Source: Bugula neritina
Taxonomy: Eukaryota > Animalia > Bryozoa
NCBI GenBank assembly: GCA_964035545.1
Contig: OZ037766.1
Span: forward strand, 3,462,722-3,526,721
Direction: 5' to 3'
Length of the DNA: 64,000 bases
The notes under the pieces are model-generated. The model saw only the letters and a program-made list of their open reading frames with translations, was not told the origin of the DNA and searched no databases. A program made the translations under genes and the position numbers. Of this stretch, positions 53,101-64,000 are shown in pieces; the stretch's first letter is position 1, and each line of letters begins with the position of its first letter.

Positions 53101-56100
53101 ATTTGAGTAAAAGTGAGCTGAGAAGAGAAAGCATTATGCTAAATATGATAGTTGTTGTTTTTCAAAAAACATATTATTTGTGAGGTTATATTATGTTGAT
53201 AAATTTTCTACAAACATGTAAATACATATCTTTGAACAAAATTATAATTTTCTTGATTATTTTTTTTTAGTCTAGAATAGTAGGCTAGCACACACCTCCA
53301 TGTTAGCTGATTGTCACGATTTTACAGCTAAGTTTCCTATGCTATACATAAAAATAGTGTCCAGTAAAATTGGCACAGCTAAAATGGCAAGGTAAAAATG
53401 GCACAGGTAATAATGGCACAGGTGGCAAAGTAGGTAATAATGGCACATTTTCAGTATTAGGGTTTTGAGTGGGAGTTGGGGGAATTGATTTTGGGGGTTT
53501 GAATTTGGGGTTTAAGGGTTTGGGGTTTGGAAAAATTCAACATCAGTGTGCCATTTTATTTACTTTTCCACTTGTACCTCTAATACCTGTGCCATTATTA
53601 CCTGTCACTTTACAGTGCTATTTTTACATTGCCATTTTTACATGTGCCATTTTAACGTAAAATTGTGGCTTACATCTCAGACAGCATGCAATACGTTGTG
53701 TCTAACATAACTTGCAACTAGAATTTAAAATATTGCAATTTCAAATAAACTGAGGTTGAAGCATTGGATGGCAATAGAAAGCAACATGGATCATTTCGCT
53801 GCAGCTGCCTGGACTTTGGTTTTCATATTCTGTACAGCCTACAGCCTTGAGGTCAAAGAAAGATTTTATGGATTTAATGGCTTAGTGGATTTTATCTTAA
53901 TAAATAGAGAACCATATGCAGAGTTGAAGAATATAACTATAGGAGAAGATGGAGTTGATTACGTCAGGTGTGGTGATACTAATTTGACAGAAGTACTCAG
54001 TGAGCACCACATTCTAATATCAAATACTGATATATTGAGTGGATGCAACAGACGTGAATGCGCATTTATAAATTTAACACCAAGAATTACAGGTTATGTT
54101 GACTGCAACACAACCAATGTGGCTGTTCCAGATGTTTTGCCCTTCACTTACTTGACCACATACAACTTGACCTCTGATTATGTGAGGATTTATCCAGATG
54201 TATCCAACATGTCAGTATTAAATCAAATACTTGGAGCATGTAATGAAAATGAAGATATATCTATAGACATTATGGCTGTGAATAGTGATAGAGTAACAGT
54301 AGATTGTTTAAATTCTACTGAAAATCCACTAGTTAGAGTGTTGACTGCATCTATAGAAGTTGGAGCATGTGTTGGAGACTGTGAAACCACTTGGAGAAAA
54401 GCCTTACAATCTAGAGAATTTGGCTGTAATTATACAAGTACAGCAGAAACACGTCGCAACATCACAGTGGCCGAAGACAGTGTGACCGTGTCCAGCGTGT
54501 CCGAAGCGTCAGATCCGATTTACTTGCTTTACACCTGTTCACCGAAATCTACCACTACTACCACTGAAAGCACCACAACCATGAAAGTTACCACACCAAC
54601 AACTCAAATAACAACACATGCACAAACTGAAGTTAAAATTACAACAAAGAAAGATTCAACTGTAGCCACAGCTCAAACTAATAACAAAATTATCACTACA
54701 GGTGCAACCACAGAAAAGGAAACTGCGAAGGCAGAAATCCAAAGATCTAAGAGTGGATCAATAAATGGATGTAAGAAGAATGCAATACTAATGCTTACAG
54801 CTATAACCTTGGCAATAATGAAGTGAGATTGGGCCTGCAGTCAAATTGCTTTACCAAACAAATTCAAGCAATTTAGCCCCAACACTCAGGGTGAGCATAA
54901 AAGAATGAGCTAAAGATTCATTAAATCAACTTTTAAGTAGAAGTGAGTTGAGAAATGAAAACATTATGCTAAAGATCATATTTGTTGTTTTTAAATTTGT
55001 GAGAATATAACTTCTATATTAGAGGATTTTATTATTGTTCTAATAAAATGAACACACGTTTCATTAAATGAAAAAAACCTGAAGGTCCAAAAATTGTGTT
55101 AGTTTCTAACATAGCATAAAAAGATGATATAAAACTATTAAAATCCATATAATTAATATGCACGCTTAGTATATAAGCATCATAAGTTACTATATTTATT
55201 GAGCATTGAAGGAAAGTTTGATGGAAGTTGTATATGCTAATCAAATTAACTAACTATAGTTTGCTAGACTTGCTACAAGTGTATTTCAGTAATCTGTAAT
55301 GCAGCAAATATTCAACAAAATAATGTACTAACAATATCATCATCAATGAATTATGATTCATTATTAAAATAGTTCAATGGACTCTTAAAATAGAATTTTT
55401 AAAATAAATATACAAAATAATTTAGGACTGAAGAAATGCTACACAGTTGCTTCTAAAGTTGATAATAAAACAGGTTTTAAATTGAAACAAATTGAATGAG
55501 GGTCATTTTACTTAATTTAGTACACACTGGAAATCTCCAGTTTTTAGCTATTTGTTACAATTTAGCTGCTAATGGACATGTGTTTTTGCCCAAAACTAGT
55601 AAAATATCAATAATAACATCTAAATAATCAAGGTTCTTTTTAATTTTGCTTAATTTCCCATGTTTTTTCCTATTTATTTAGCTAATTTTGATTGCGGACC
55701 GTTCCGGTTTTTTCGTAACGATCTGCCATCAAAAGTAACTGAAAAAGTAAGAAAAAACATGGGAACTTAAGCAAAATTAAAAAGAACCTTGATTATTTAG
55801 ATGTTTTTATTGATATTTTACTAGTTTTGGGCAAAAACACATGTTCATTAGCAGCTAAATTGTAAAAAATAGCTAAAAACTGGAGAACTCTAAACGTGCA
55901 GTTAGTTTTAATTTTCGTATAACACAATATTTGAATAAACTTTCTTGTATCACAAAAGTAGAATTAGAACATTGTAAGAAGTTGCCTGCAACTGCAGGAG
56001 AGTATAAACACCAAAGAGCCTAGTAAAACACCCACCAAACAGCAACAACGCAAACTGAAAGTAAAACAATTCATGGTAAACACAAACTACAAAGAGCATA

Positions 56101-59100
56101 AAAATAAAACTTAAAAGCCTGTCACGTTTTTATCAAGAGTTCAATGGAGTTAGAATTTACCAATTATTCTTTTTGAAAAGACGATTATTAGAGATGAGGA
56201 GCAAATTTGAATCAATATTGAAGACCTTGAGTAAAACTGAAAGTAGGAAATAGCGCCGCAAATAAAACTTAAGCTAAGTGACTTATAATCGTGGTGAGAA
56301 CTGTGATGGCACTGCGAAACTACACCCCCACCCTGCTGTCAACATAGCCTGGGAGTTTTCAAAGTAGCAAGTACAACCTAATGCTATTACTGATAGTGTC
56401 TATCATTACACCCATACAACTGTAAACTTATAGAGCTTCAAACCTTTAGCATTTTTGGGCTCCGTGGGCACATCACTGGCCTGAGGATCCTGTCTGTTGC
56501 CAACTCTCTTCTTTATGGGGCTCGTGATGGCCTCCCGAGCAGCATCAAGCACAGCCTTAGGATTAGCGCTGCTCACTAGACTTGTGTCTTCCAGGACGTG
56601 ACTAAATATGTTCAGCAGTCTAAAAGGGTAAACCACAACTCAGAGATCTGCACGCCTGAGCAGAGCTTCCAGCAATATTAAAGCAATGTTAATTTTAACA
56701 GCTAAGCTTAAAAATAAACTAAACCAACAAATGAGCCCAAATATTAGCCAACAGCGTGACTCTGTACAAGTTAGCCAACGGCGTGGCTCTCTACAAGTTA
56801 GCCAACGGCGTGGCTCTCTACAAGTTAGTCAATAGCGTGTCTCTTTATAAGTTAGCCAATAGCGTGACCTTTTATAAGTTAGCCAATAATATGGCCCTTC
56901 ACAAGATAGCCAATAGCGTAACTCTATATCTACGTAGGTATGAAACCAATAGAAAGGTCCGATACTAACTTGATAAGGTGTACTAGCAACTTATCAGCTA
57001 ATGGACTAGCAAGTCTGTCATATATCCCACACCAGCTTCTCTCCGTACCACCTAACAGCCAGAAACAAGATATACAGATCTCTGTACAGGATTGTCAATG
57101 TTCCATATTTATAATATACTTGATATTTAAATTGTATATCTTATTTATATCATAAACTTCACGCAATCTTCTCTTAAGTGCTTGAGATGATGTTTTTAAG
57201 GCGAAACCCTACAGTTCAGAATTTCTTGTTAGTTTTCCATTAAAATATGCGAATAACTAAACTTGAAATTCATAAAAATAAGTTTGAAAGAGTGCTATAC
57301 TTTGATTAGAGGATACTGTGCATGTATATTAGCTTGTGTGTCCAGTTAACAACTACTCCCAACAGTAAAACAAATTTAAAGTAAAAAGTTTTGTAGAACA
57401 CATGCTAATATGTGAATAAAAGGAAAATCCGCTTCATCCCAATAAGACATGACACTAATTATGAACTTTAATAGTTTAAGTTATGTAACAAGTTTATACT
57501 TTTGTATATTAGAGTACAACTACAAAATATAGTGAATACATAATTGCTGAGCAGATAAGCTGTACATTTCAGATTGAAATAGAAAATAATATCTTACTGG
57601 GAGTTGACTGCCCTTGTTTAAGAGCCGAAAGACACGCCCCTGAAAGTAGGTTCCCAGCCAATGAGAGAAGATCTTGATGAACCCCAAGATCTAGACTGAG
57701 AGGAGAGTGAGTTAGCAAAGACATAACGAGAGTGAGAGGTCCACCACCCGTTCCAACTCTTAGCTCGTCTAACATCAGAGACTTCATAGAACTACAATGT
57801 TTAAGGATATATTATTATTATAGTTAAACTTTTGACTTCAAACAAAATCAGGGGGAAAAAAGGAGTTTTACCAAGCAATGTCTTATACTAGTTTTATAAT
57901 TCATAAAACCTTCCCTTGAAATTTACTTTCATCAGAATAGCACCGCTTAAAACAATGGAATTTGTTCTACAAAATGTTTGTATTAACTCGCCATACTCTG
58001 TGACCTAGATACTGGAATTGACCTCGTCCCTAAAGTTGCGTTTGTACCTTTGCTGAAAAAACGTTCCAAGTTTTAGTTAATAACACTTGTCCGGTACCCC
58101 TTTATAGTCAAACTGAAAATCATTGAAATCAAATTAACGCGGAAGCTTACTTTCAAAAAGTGAAATCTGACGTCGTGAATTAGTCAAGTTGACAGCATAA
58201 AAGCGATAATTGAGAAGGCGTAGGCGATTGAATTATTAACATATAAGTCCATCATCTAATCGCCAAACTCACAACTAAATAACGATGTTTACAGAGAGTA
58301 ATTACTTTTTTTGAGTATTATTCTGAAATTGGCCGATTAAGTTATCACAATACAAAAAATTTTACGAGTGGCTTTTACAATGCAATGTATTCCAGAGAAA
58401 TTTCAACTCGGCCAAATTGCATTTCTGACTGAAAATCGTGAAGGTATAAAGGCAAGTTTAAAGGGTTCAGTGAGAAAGCTTCAATAATTTGGTAACATTT
58501 CCTTATAATATAAAATCTTAAATTCTTAATAAAATTTTCAATTTTCTATATATCTTTTAAGAATCTATCAGTATACAGACGAGCCTTTTTCAAATACCTA
58601 ATGCTCCCTCAACAGTCACCTAAGTTATTTTCTTCCCGTAAGGGAATATTTAGCAAGTACTGCAAATTTTCTTCTATAACAAATTTGTTAATGCATAAAA
58701 TCTATGCACAACAACAAGGCCTAAAATCAATGATGGGATGGTAACACAATTTCCAATCAGCAATAATGTTGCTTTTCTAATATTATATTTAATTCTATAT
58801 TTTTGGTGCATATGTTTTTGACTAAATTAATAGTACATTCAAATAATAAACCAGAATGCAAGTCAATTACCTTATTGTTATTCTAATGAAATTTTTGCTG
58901 TATATCTAGTAACGGGAAAGAAGGCGAATAATTTAAAAGTGAGATGACAAAACTCAGTAGGTCTGTCTGATAATGGACATATTGGTGGAAATAAAACCTT
59001 TAGTTAAATTGTATGTAAAAGGAATGCAGTCATCGGCAACATATTTTTTTCGACGTCTAAACAGTAGTAAATCTCCCAAAGTAGGCTTCAAACAGACGTG

Positions 59101-62100
59101 CATATTTTATGTCTGTAGAGGGTTTTAAGTCTAAAACAAGCAAGATTATGGTCTGGAGAGTATAGCTTATAGTTTATTGTAAGTAAGATCCTACGCACTG
59201 CATCACCAAACAATATACGCATGTTGAGACTACAACAGCCATCATTTGCTCACCTGGTTGTCGACGAATTAGATTTCAGGTTAGAAGCCGGTACTCTGGA
59301 CTTCTTGCCGCAGCTAATACCAGGGGCACAGGACCAGGCGTGCGGGTATTTAGTAACGGGATAGCTTTCTGACAGTTTATACAGCGCGTGGCATATCCCC
59401 AGCTATTCAAACACAGTATATAATCAGAAAAACTAAATATACAGTAAGATAATGAATGCACATTTGTTCTACTAAAAATAAAATATCAATTGGTATTCGA
59501 TTTATCTGCATATGGCAACAGTGTATAGAAAGTTTCAACAGATATTTGCAAACAAACTACATAATTTAAATATTAATTAATCAGACTAGTATATAAAATT
59601 TATTCATTGTTTAGAAAAAATTGTTTGTCATATATAGTTGGGAAATAATTCATAGAATCCAATAACCAGATTATTAAGATAACTCTTAGTAATTGGTCAT
59701 TCACCTCTTCAAATAATTACAATCAAAACCATCAGTTTGTAAAGATAACATTAAGTTTATATTTAGATATCATTGCACCAACAAATAAATATGATAACAA
59801 AAAGCTGCAGCAGCAAACCTTTGTATTCTGTAAGGAAGTGGCAGCAAACATGTCTAGTAGTCTGTACACAACTTTACTCAGTGAAGATTGTATAGCGTGA
59901 GATTTGGCCTTAGGATCTGACAGATCGGATGCCAAATAATACGGGCTGGGTAGAGCGTGTACCAGGGGAGGGCACTCAATGGGAAACTGCGCAGAGAATG
60001 GGTACATGAGAATGTTGAGATGACTGGTGGCTCTAGCTAGTAACACACTTTGGTGAGGGTGGTCAGATCCATGGAACAACTCAGGAATCAATCTGCAGAA
60101 TAAGTACGCTTAAAATTACTGTGACGTCAATCTATTGTAACGCATTGAAACTAATACATATATTTCTCTAGTAAGCTAACATTAGAAAATTTTCACATGT
60201 TATGGAGTTACCCTGAAATACAAAACGTTATTTGCTTGCACACAATGTATATAGTATTATAATTTACTATAGAAAAAGCAACAAAAATTTGATTATAATC
60301 CCTTCTGGTACACTGGAAACTGTTACTTGATAGGCTGCAAAAATGCAAGCAAGCATTCACACATAAATCGACCCCTAAATGATAGTTTCAAGGAATATGA
60401 ATATTAAGTGACACAAAACATTCACGAATCACTCTTATTGAATAATGAAAACAACTGACGCTACTAATGCTGTGCTGGCTGCCTGGCGAACCCTATGGTC
60501 CGAGTCTCCCAACAGCCTTAGCACCACCTCGTCCAGTATTTTAGTCTGTATAGACAGGCCAGAAAGATAAACCAACGGAAGCATATCTAACTCCGACACC
60601 AGCTCCAGCAGCTCAGACTGAAACAAACACAGCTCTAGTTTAATGTGTGTAGCACAGCATCTGTCCCAACATGTTTCAATTCATTGCAATGCAGCACAGT
60701 ATAAGCTGTGATGGTAAGACACAAATATCGACATATTCAGGAGAGTTTGATAAAACACAGTTTCAATTGGCAGAATTTGAAGTGTGACAGTTGCGCCGTG
60801 CATACAACACGTATTACATATTCATAGACAAAATTACTAGATGAAGCATTAACCTCATTTGAAAGCCTCTAAGTATCAACAAATATATACCAAATTCCGA
60901 ATGATGCTTTTTAGCAAAAAACCTTCCTTCACATGTTTACTTTACCATTAATATTTCTATACTACAAATCGTATAGATTCACAAAATTGAGCAGCGCATG
61001 CAGAGGTACTCAGTATGATTACCTTTACAAGCCAATAGCTGTTATTCACGTGTTGGAGTGCTTTCTCCAATAAGGTCAAGCCCTTCTGGTGATACTGGCT
61101 GTTGAGCAGAGTGTTGATGCAGGTTTTTATGGCTGACACGGCCAGCCTGGTGGTCATGGCACTCTCAGTATTAAGAAGATCCATCAGCATGCTGAAGTAC
61201 GACTCTAGCACTGTACAGTACAACAATATGCAGACTTGGAGTACTTGAACAAAGTAACTGAGTAATACTCTACTGCTGGTTCGGTGGTAGTAGCAACAAA
61301 GAACATTCTTTAACTGAAGGTGGTAAAAATGGCAAGCATAAAAATAAGCAAATCGGCTATATAAAACAGCAATGTACACATGAAGTAGAAAAGAAGCTAG
61401 TTGAGTCAGTTTACTTCATTTAGTACACACCAGCAACTTATGACCTAACATTAAAGTTTGCTCAAAATCAATTGAAATTTACTATACATGCTATTTTTAT
61501 GTGCTGGTTTTAACTACGCATAACAGAAAAGGCTGGAAGGGGATTCCCCAACATTAAAGCACAGGTCATTGTCATATGCACTTAATATTCTATATGTGTG
61601 ACCGTTACGAAAAAACCGTAAGGGTCTGTAACCAAAACTAGCTGAATAATTAGGAAAAAATGGGAAATAAAGCAAAATTAGAAAGAACTTTGATTATTTA
61701 GGTGTATTTATTGCTGTTTTACTAGTTTTGGCCAAAATACCATGTTCATTACCAGCTAAATTGTGAAAAATAGCCAAAAGCTGAAGATATCCAGTGTGTA
61801 CTAAATTAAGTAAAATGACCTAGTTATAAATCCAAATATAGTCAAGAGAAGTTTTGCTCATTATAGTTGAAAAATGTAGGAAAAGAAAATTTAGCTTTAG
61901 TACCTTGAGATGAGGTAGTGTTGATTAGCTGGGCACAGTGCACCCTGGCATGTATAAGAACACCAAGAACCTGGGCTACCATGCCTTGTATTTGGGGGTC
62001 AGAGTGGTGATGGTAGAGTAGCACATCCGAGAGTGGTTGATTCTCTGCAGATAAAATATAGCCTGCAAAAACTCCCTTAGATCTCATCAGATAAACTCAA

Positions 62101-63897
62101 AAGATAGCTGAACACACACGACCGTAGTTGATATATACTGTTCTCCCTCCGTATCTCACTAAGCTGCCGGTCCCAAAACCTTAATTTGTGACATAGAGAG
62201 TAGAATACCAGATTTAACTAATGAATCCGTTAAATCCAGCCATTATATTCTTATACACACATACATAGGCCATAAAACAGGGTCCCAGGCCCTTCTCGTG
62301 ATCTATGGAATTCCGTGAGAACGGGAACCGTGAGATATGGAGGAAGCACAATATTAAATTTTCTTAAACCTATAATTTTCATCCCTTAGCTAAAATATTG
62401 AATTAACCTATAAATAACTGTCCCAACTAGGCATCAAACCACAGTTCAACTCACAAGCTAGCGTGCTACCTGGGAAATCTCAACACCACAAAAACCAGCT
62501 TCAGACAGTAGCAGTTGATTTTAATATTTCTATATAAATAGACAACCACTACTGTTGTACTCAAAAGCTCACCACAATGTACAGACGTGTACAGCTGATG
62601 CTCAATGGCCTGTGGGTAGAATTTGAGAATGTAGAGGAGACAGGAGAGAGCCAAAGACTTGATGCTGACTCTAACATCTCTGTCAGCATACAGCCTCTCT
62701 TCCGTGTTGCCAGTGAGGAGGAATGTGTGGCAGATAAGACGAACCGAGTACAGGATGGGTGGCTGAGCGGCATCGGTGAGAGAACCAATCACATCGCTGA
62801 TTGATTTCCCGCTGTCGGGAGATGGCGTACTTTCCTCTCTAAATGTTGTGTAAATAAAATATTAACAGTCCAACTGCAGCAAAATCTGCTGACATTAAAA
62901 TAAAAAATCAACACACAAGTGAATATCTAAACATAATTAATAGGTTAGAAATTACCGTTTGAAGCCAAATTAGAGAAACAAATTTATAAGTTATAAGATA
63001 TGGCGAATCCTTTGAAACAGCTGTGTAGTGAAATATGTGCATCTTTTTTGTGTGAAGACATTGTTGAATGACAACATTGTAAGTTTCTTTTATGCTATTA
63101 CCCACTGTAATACTCAATGTAATGTTCATTATTGGTTGTAACTCACAAACTATACAATGAAATAACTTGTATAAAAAAACACAATAGTTTTAAGCCTCCC
63201 TTCCCATGGAAAGCCTTGATGAAAAAGTTTTTAAACGAGCCAAAGATTATGTCTATTAAACCATTCTGTTTGTGGGCTTCTGATTGTAGCATAGGGTTTA
63301 TTATGACTAGTTGCTCTTTCTAGCATCACTAATAGCCATTTTTCGTGACATGTAATCATGACCTAATAAGTCAGTGCTCTTACCATAAAAATATAGCTGA
63401 TTTTTACAATAAGCTCCAGGAAAAAGAAATAAAAACGTAAAATAAGATGCATTCAAAGAAACAAAATCTCGTTCAGCTAAAGCGAGTAGCTGTGTTTCCT
63501 TTTAGTACTGACAGATTTAAGGTTTTTCAACCCATATTTATATTATTTTACTGACCTGACATCTTTTTTACTCTCTTCTGCAGAGTTATTCTCTCCTGTA
63601 AGAGCTTCTCCCTCCTCTAACACCTCTTTCTGTCCATCATCTGTGAACAAACATAGCAAATAGATGCAACCTCTTTAGAGAACTCAGCATCTGTACAGTA
63701 AATTGGGAATAACAACAGTATTTCCGTATTGTATACCCAGAGGTTTAGCCTGAGTAGCATACCTGCTGCAGTGGAAGGAACGGCATCAGTCTGATCAACG
63801 TCAGGTGCTAGGGCTAAGTTACCCTGCAGTCCCTCTAAACCTCCATTAGAGTCTGTATCTTCTATACTCATCTCCGAATTAGACTGGACCACATTCT
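29992..63897 (-). CDS. HTT: Huntingtin, ~45 exons, 5'-truncated by window edge
   Basis: Colinear HTT-like peptides: [15 protein letters not shown] (~62650), [76 protein letters not shown]...[109 protein letters not shown]; stop at 29992-29994. Internal exon boundaries approximate. Confidence 0.96.
32200..32839. repeat. 32-bp minisatellite, ~20 near-identical copies
   Basis: AAGCACATGTACT(A/G)TAGTGTCATGGTACAATC head-to-tail without spacers; begins a few bases inside an HTT donor (32846). Confidence 0.97.
38037..38330. repeat. Two (TA)n tracts and degenerate AT-rich repeat
   Basis: Visible dinucleotide runs in an HTT intron. Confidence 0.9.
42066..42297. mobile_element. Degenerate non-autonomous hAT (Charlie-like) element
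   Basis: Right end CAGTTTCCCACCCCT and repeated subterminal AGGGCCA motifs resemble hAT MITEs; left end decayed, no clear TSD. Confidence 0.4.
42767..43175 (-). repeat. ~29-bp tandem array of an HTT exon/intron junction (~14 copies plus the real donor)
   Basis: - strand unit GTCAG|GTGAGTGATATACTGACAGCTRYA; fills most of intron 42736-43169. Confidence 0.92.
43563..44009 (+). mobile_element. 447-bp MITE family A, copy 1
   Basis: 16-bp TIR AGTTGCGTTTATACCT, flanked by TAA on both sides (PIF/Harbinger-like; TTAA-type Kolobok not excluded); no coding capacity. Confidence 0.9.
47148..47290. repeat. (GAGT)n microsatellite
   Basis: About 20 pure units plus a degenerate tail. Confidence 0.97.
49270..49716 (-). 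mobile_element. MITE family A, copy 2 (inverted relative to copy 1)
   Basis: Same TIRs and length; near-identical reverse complement of 43563-44009; flanks CAA/TAA. Confidence 0.9.
49750..49870 (+). mobile_element. MITE family A, truncated diverged copy
   Basis: AGTTGCGTTTATACCTTCAC... matches the first ~120 bp of copy 1. Confidence 0.8.
50455..50550. repeat. ~32-bp tandem repeat x3
   Basis: AATTAGATAACAATACTTCTACGGCAGCAA units next to the HTT acceptor at 50448. Confidence 0.85.
51943..52995 (+). CDS. Nested intronless gene A: secreted Cys-rich glycoprotein with Thr-rich stalk, probable GPI anchor (350 aa)
   Basis: Long ORF; signal peptide (..FCAAYS|LE), 10 Cys in ectodomain, several NxT/S sequons, Thr-rich region, short hydrophobic C-terminus after SKSGS; intact paralogue next to it. 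Confidence 0.88.
   Translation: MDHFAAAAWTLVFIFCAAYSLEIKERFYGLNGFVDTILINREPYAKLDDVVIGGDGFDYVQCGDTNVTVELSEHHMLLPNIFTLRGCKRIECGTMIGLPRIISGYVECNTTNVAVPDVLPFTYLTTYNVTSDYVRIYPDVSNMSVLNQILGACNENEDISIDIMAVNSDRVTVDCLNSTENPLVRVLTASIEVGACVGDCETTWRKALQSREFGCNYTSTAETRRNITVAEDSVTVSSVSIESDPIYLLYKCSPKATTTTTESTTTKKITTPTTQKITTHAQTEVEIITIAKPQTRLITRSTNKIIITTGATTEEETVKAEIKKSKSGSINGCKKNAILMLTAITLAMVK
53362..53658. mobile_element. Foldback/MITE with AAAATGGCAC subterminal repeats and G-rich core
   Basis: Left arm has tandem (A)AATGGCA(C), right arm tandem (G)TGCCATT(T); centre has GGGG/GGGTTT runs. Confidence 0.75.
53786..54826 (+). CDS. Nested intronless gene B, tandem paralogue of gene A (346 aa)
   Basis: ATG at 53786 is homologous to 51943 (in-frame upstream ATG at 53768 also present); same architecture, all ectodomain Cys conserved; flanks also homologous. 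Confidence 0.88.
   Translation: MDHFAAAAWTLVFIFCTAYSLEVKERFYGFNGLVDFILINREPYAELKNITIGEDGVDYVRCGDTNLTEVLSEHHILISNTDILSGCNRRECAFINLTPRITGYVDCNTTNVAVPDVLPFTYLTTYNLTSDYVRIYPDVSNMSVLNQILGACNENEDISIDIMAVNSDRVTVDCLNSTENPLVRVLTASIEVGACVGDCETTWRKALQSREFGCNYTSTAETRRNITVAEDSVTVSSVSEASDPIYLLYTCSPKSTTTTTESTTTMKVTTPTTQITTHAQTEVKITTKKDSTVATAQTNNKIITTGATTEKETAKAEIQRSKSGSINGCKKNAILMLTAITLAIMK
55501..55890. mobile_element. Foldback element family B with ~135-bp inverted arms
   Basis: 55534-55669 is a near-perfect reverse complement of 55751-55886. Confidence 0.85.
56744..56930. repeat. 27-bp minisatellite, ~7 copies
   Basis: TTAGCCAA(C/T)AGCGTG(A/G)CTCT.TA(C/T)AAG units within an HTT intron. Confidence 0.9.
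58034..58457 (-). mobile_element. MITE family A, older diverged copy
   Basis: Imperfect TIRs AGTTGCGTTTGTACCT / AGGTATAAAGGCAAGT; colinear with copy 2 with indels; flanks TAA/TTA. Confidence 0.85.
61603..61820 (-). mobile_element. Partial diverged copy of foldback family B
   Basis: Reverse complement of ~55501-55720 (ends ..GTGTACTAAATTAAGTAAAATGACC). Confidence 0.8.
62138..62351. mobile_element. Short MITE, Tc1/mariner-pogo type
   Basis: Imperfect TIRs CTGTTCTCCCTCCGTATCTCAC / GTGAGATATGGAGGAAGCACAA flanked by TA on both sides. Confidence 0.6.
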
Positions 63898-64000
63898 CTG
63901 CAATTGTAAAATAAAGAAGGTCTAGTTGAAAATTAATATCATGTATATGAGATGCATGGCATTGGATAATGTTTTCAGTTGTTTAGATGATCCAATAAAA

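Noticed and set aside
56756-56968. (LYKLANGVA)n ORF
   Set aside because: Consequence of a 27-bp repeat; non-ATG start, no splice or homology support.
63897-64000. HTT polyQ/CAG tract
   Set aside because: Exon 1 lies outside the window; nothing can be said.

Overview
AT-rich eukaryotic genomic DNA with short spliceosomal introns, probably from a protostome invertebrate (taxon is inference only). From left to right it holds: the 3' part of a large low-complexity gene (+, stop 7294); a 4-exon gene on the - strand, split across several ORF-track entries, encoding a ~226-aa protein with a twice-repeated helical motif (8838-15890); DRC3/LRRC48 (+), with an X-box and one GC-AG intron; GID4 (-) and mitochondrial acyl carrier protein NDUFAB1 (+), head-to-head; and about 45 exons of huntingtin (-, 5' end outside the window, stop 29992). 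The largest HTT intron hosts two antisense, intronless, tandem paralogues encoding Cys-rich, mucin-stalked, probably GPI-anchored proteins with a hypervariable N-terminal domain and a near-invariant second domain; this is the best candidate for an undescribed system. HTT introns also carry several MITE/foldback families in inverted orientation, and one intron is made almost entirely of tandem copies of its own 5' splice site. No CRISPR, rRNA, tRNA or transposase was recognised. Gene identities rest on recalled similarity, not database searches; exon coordinates were read by hand.
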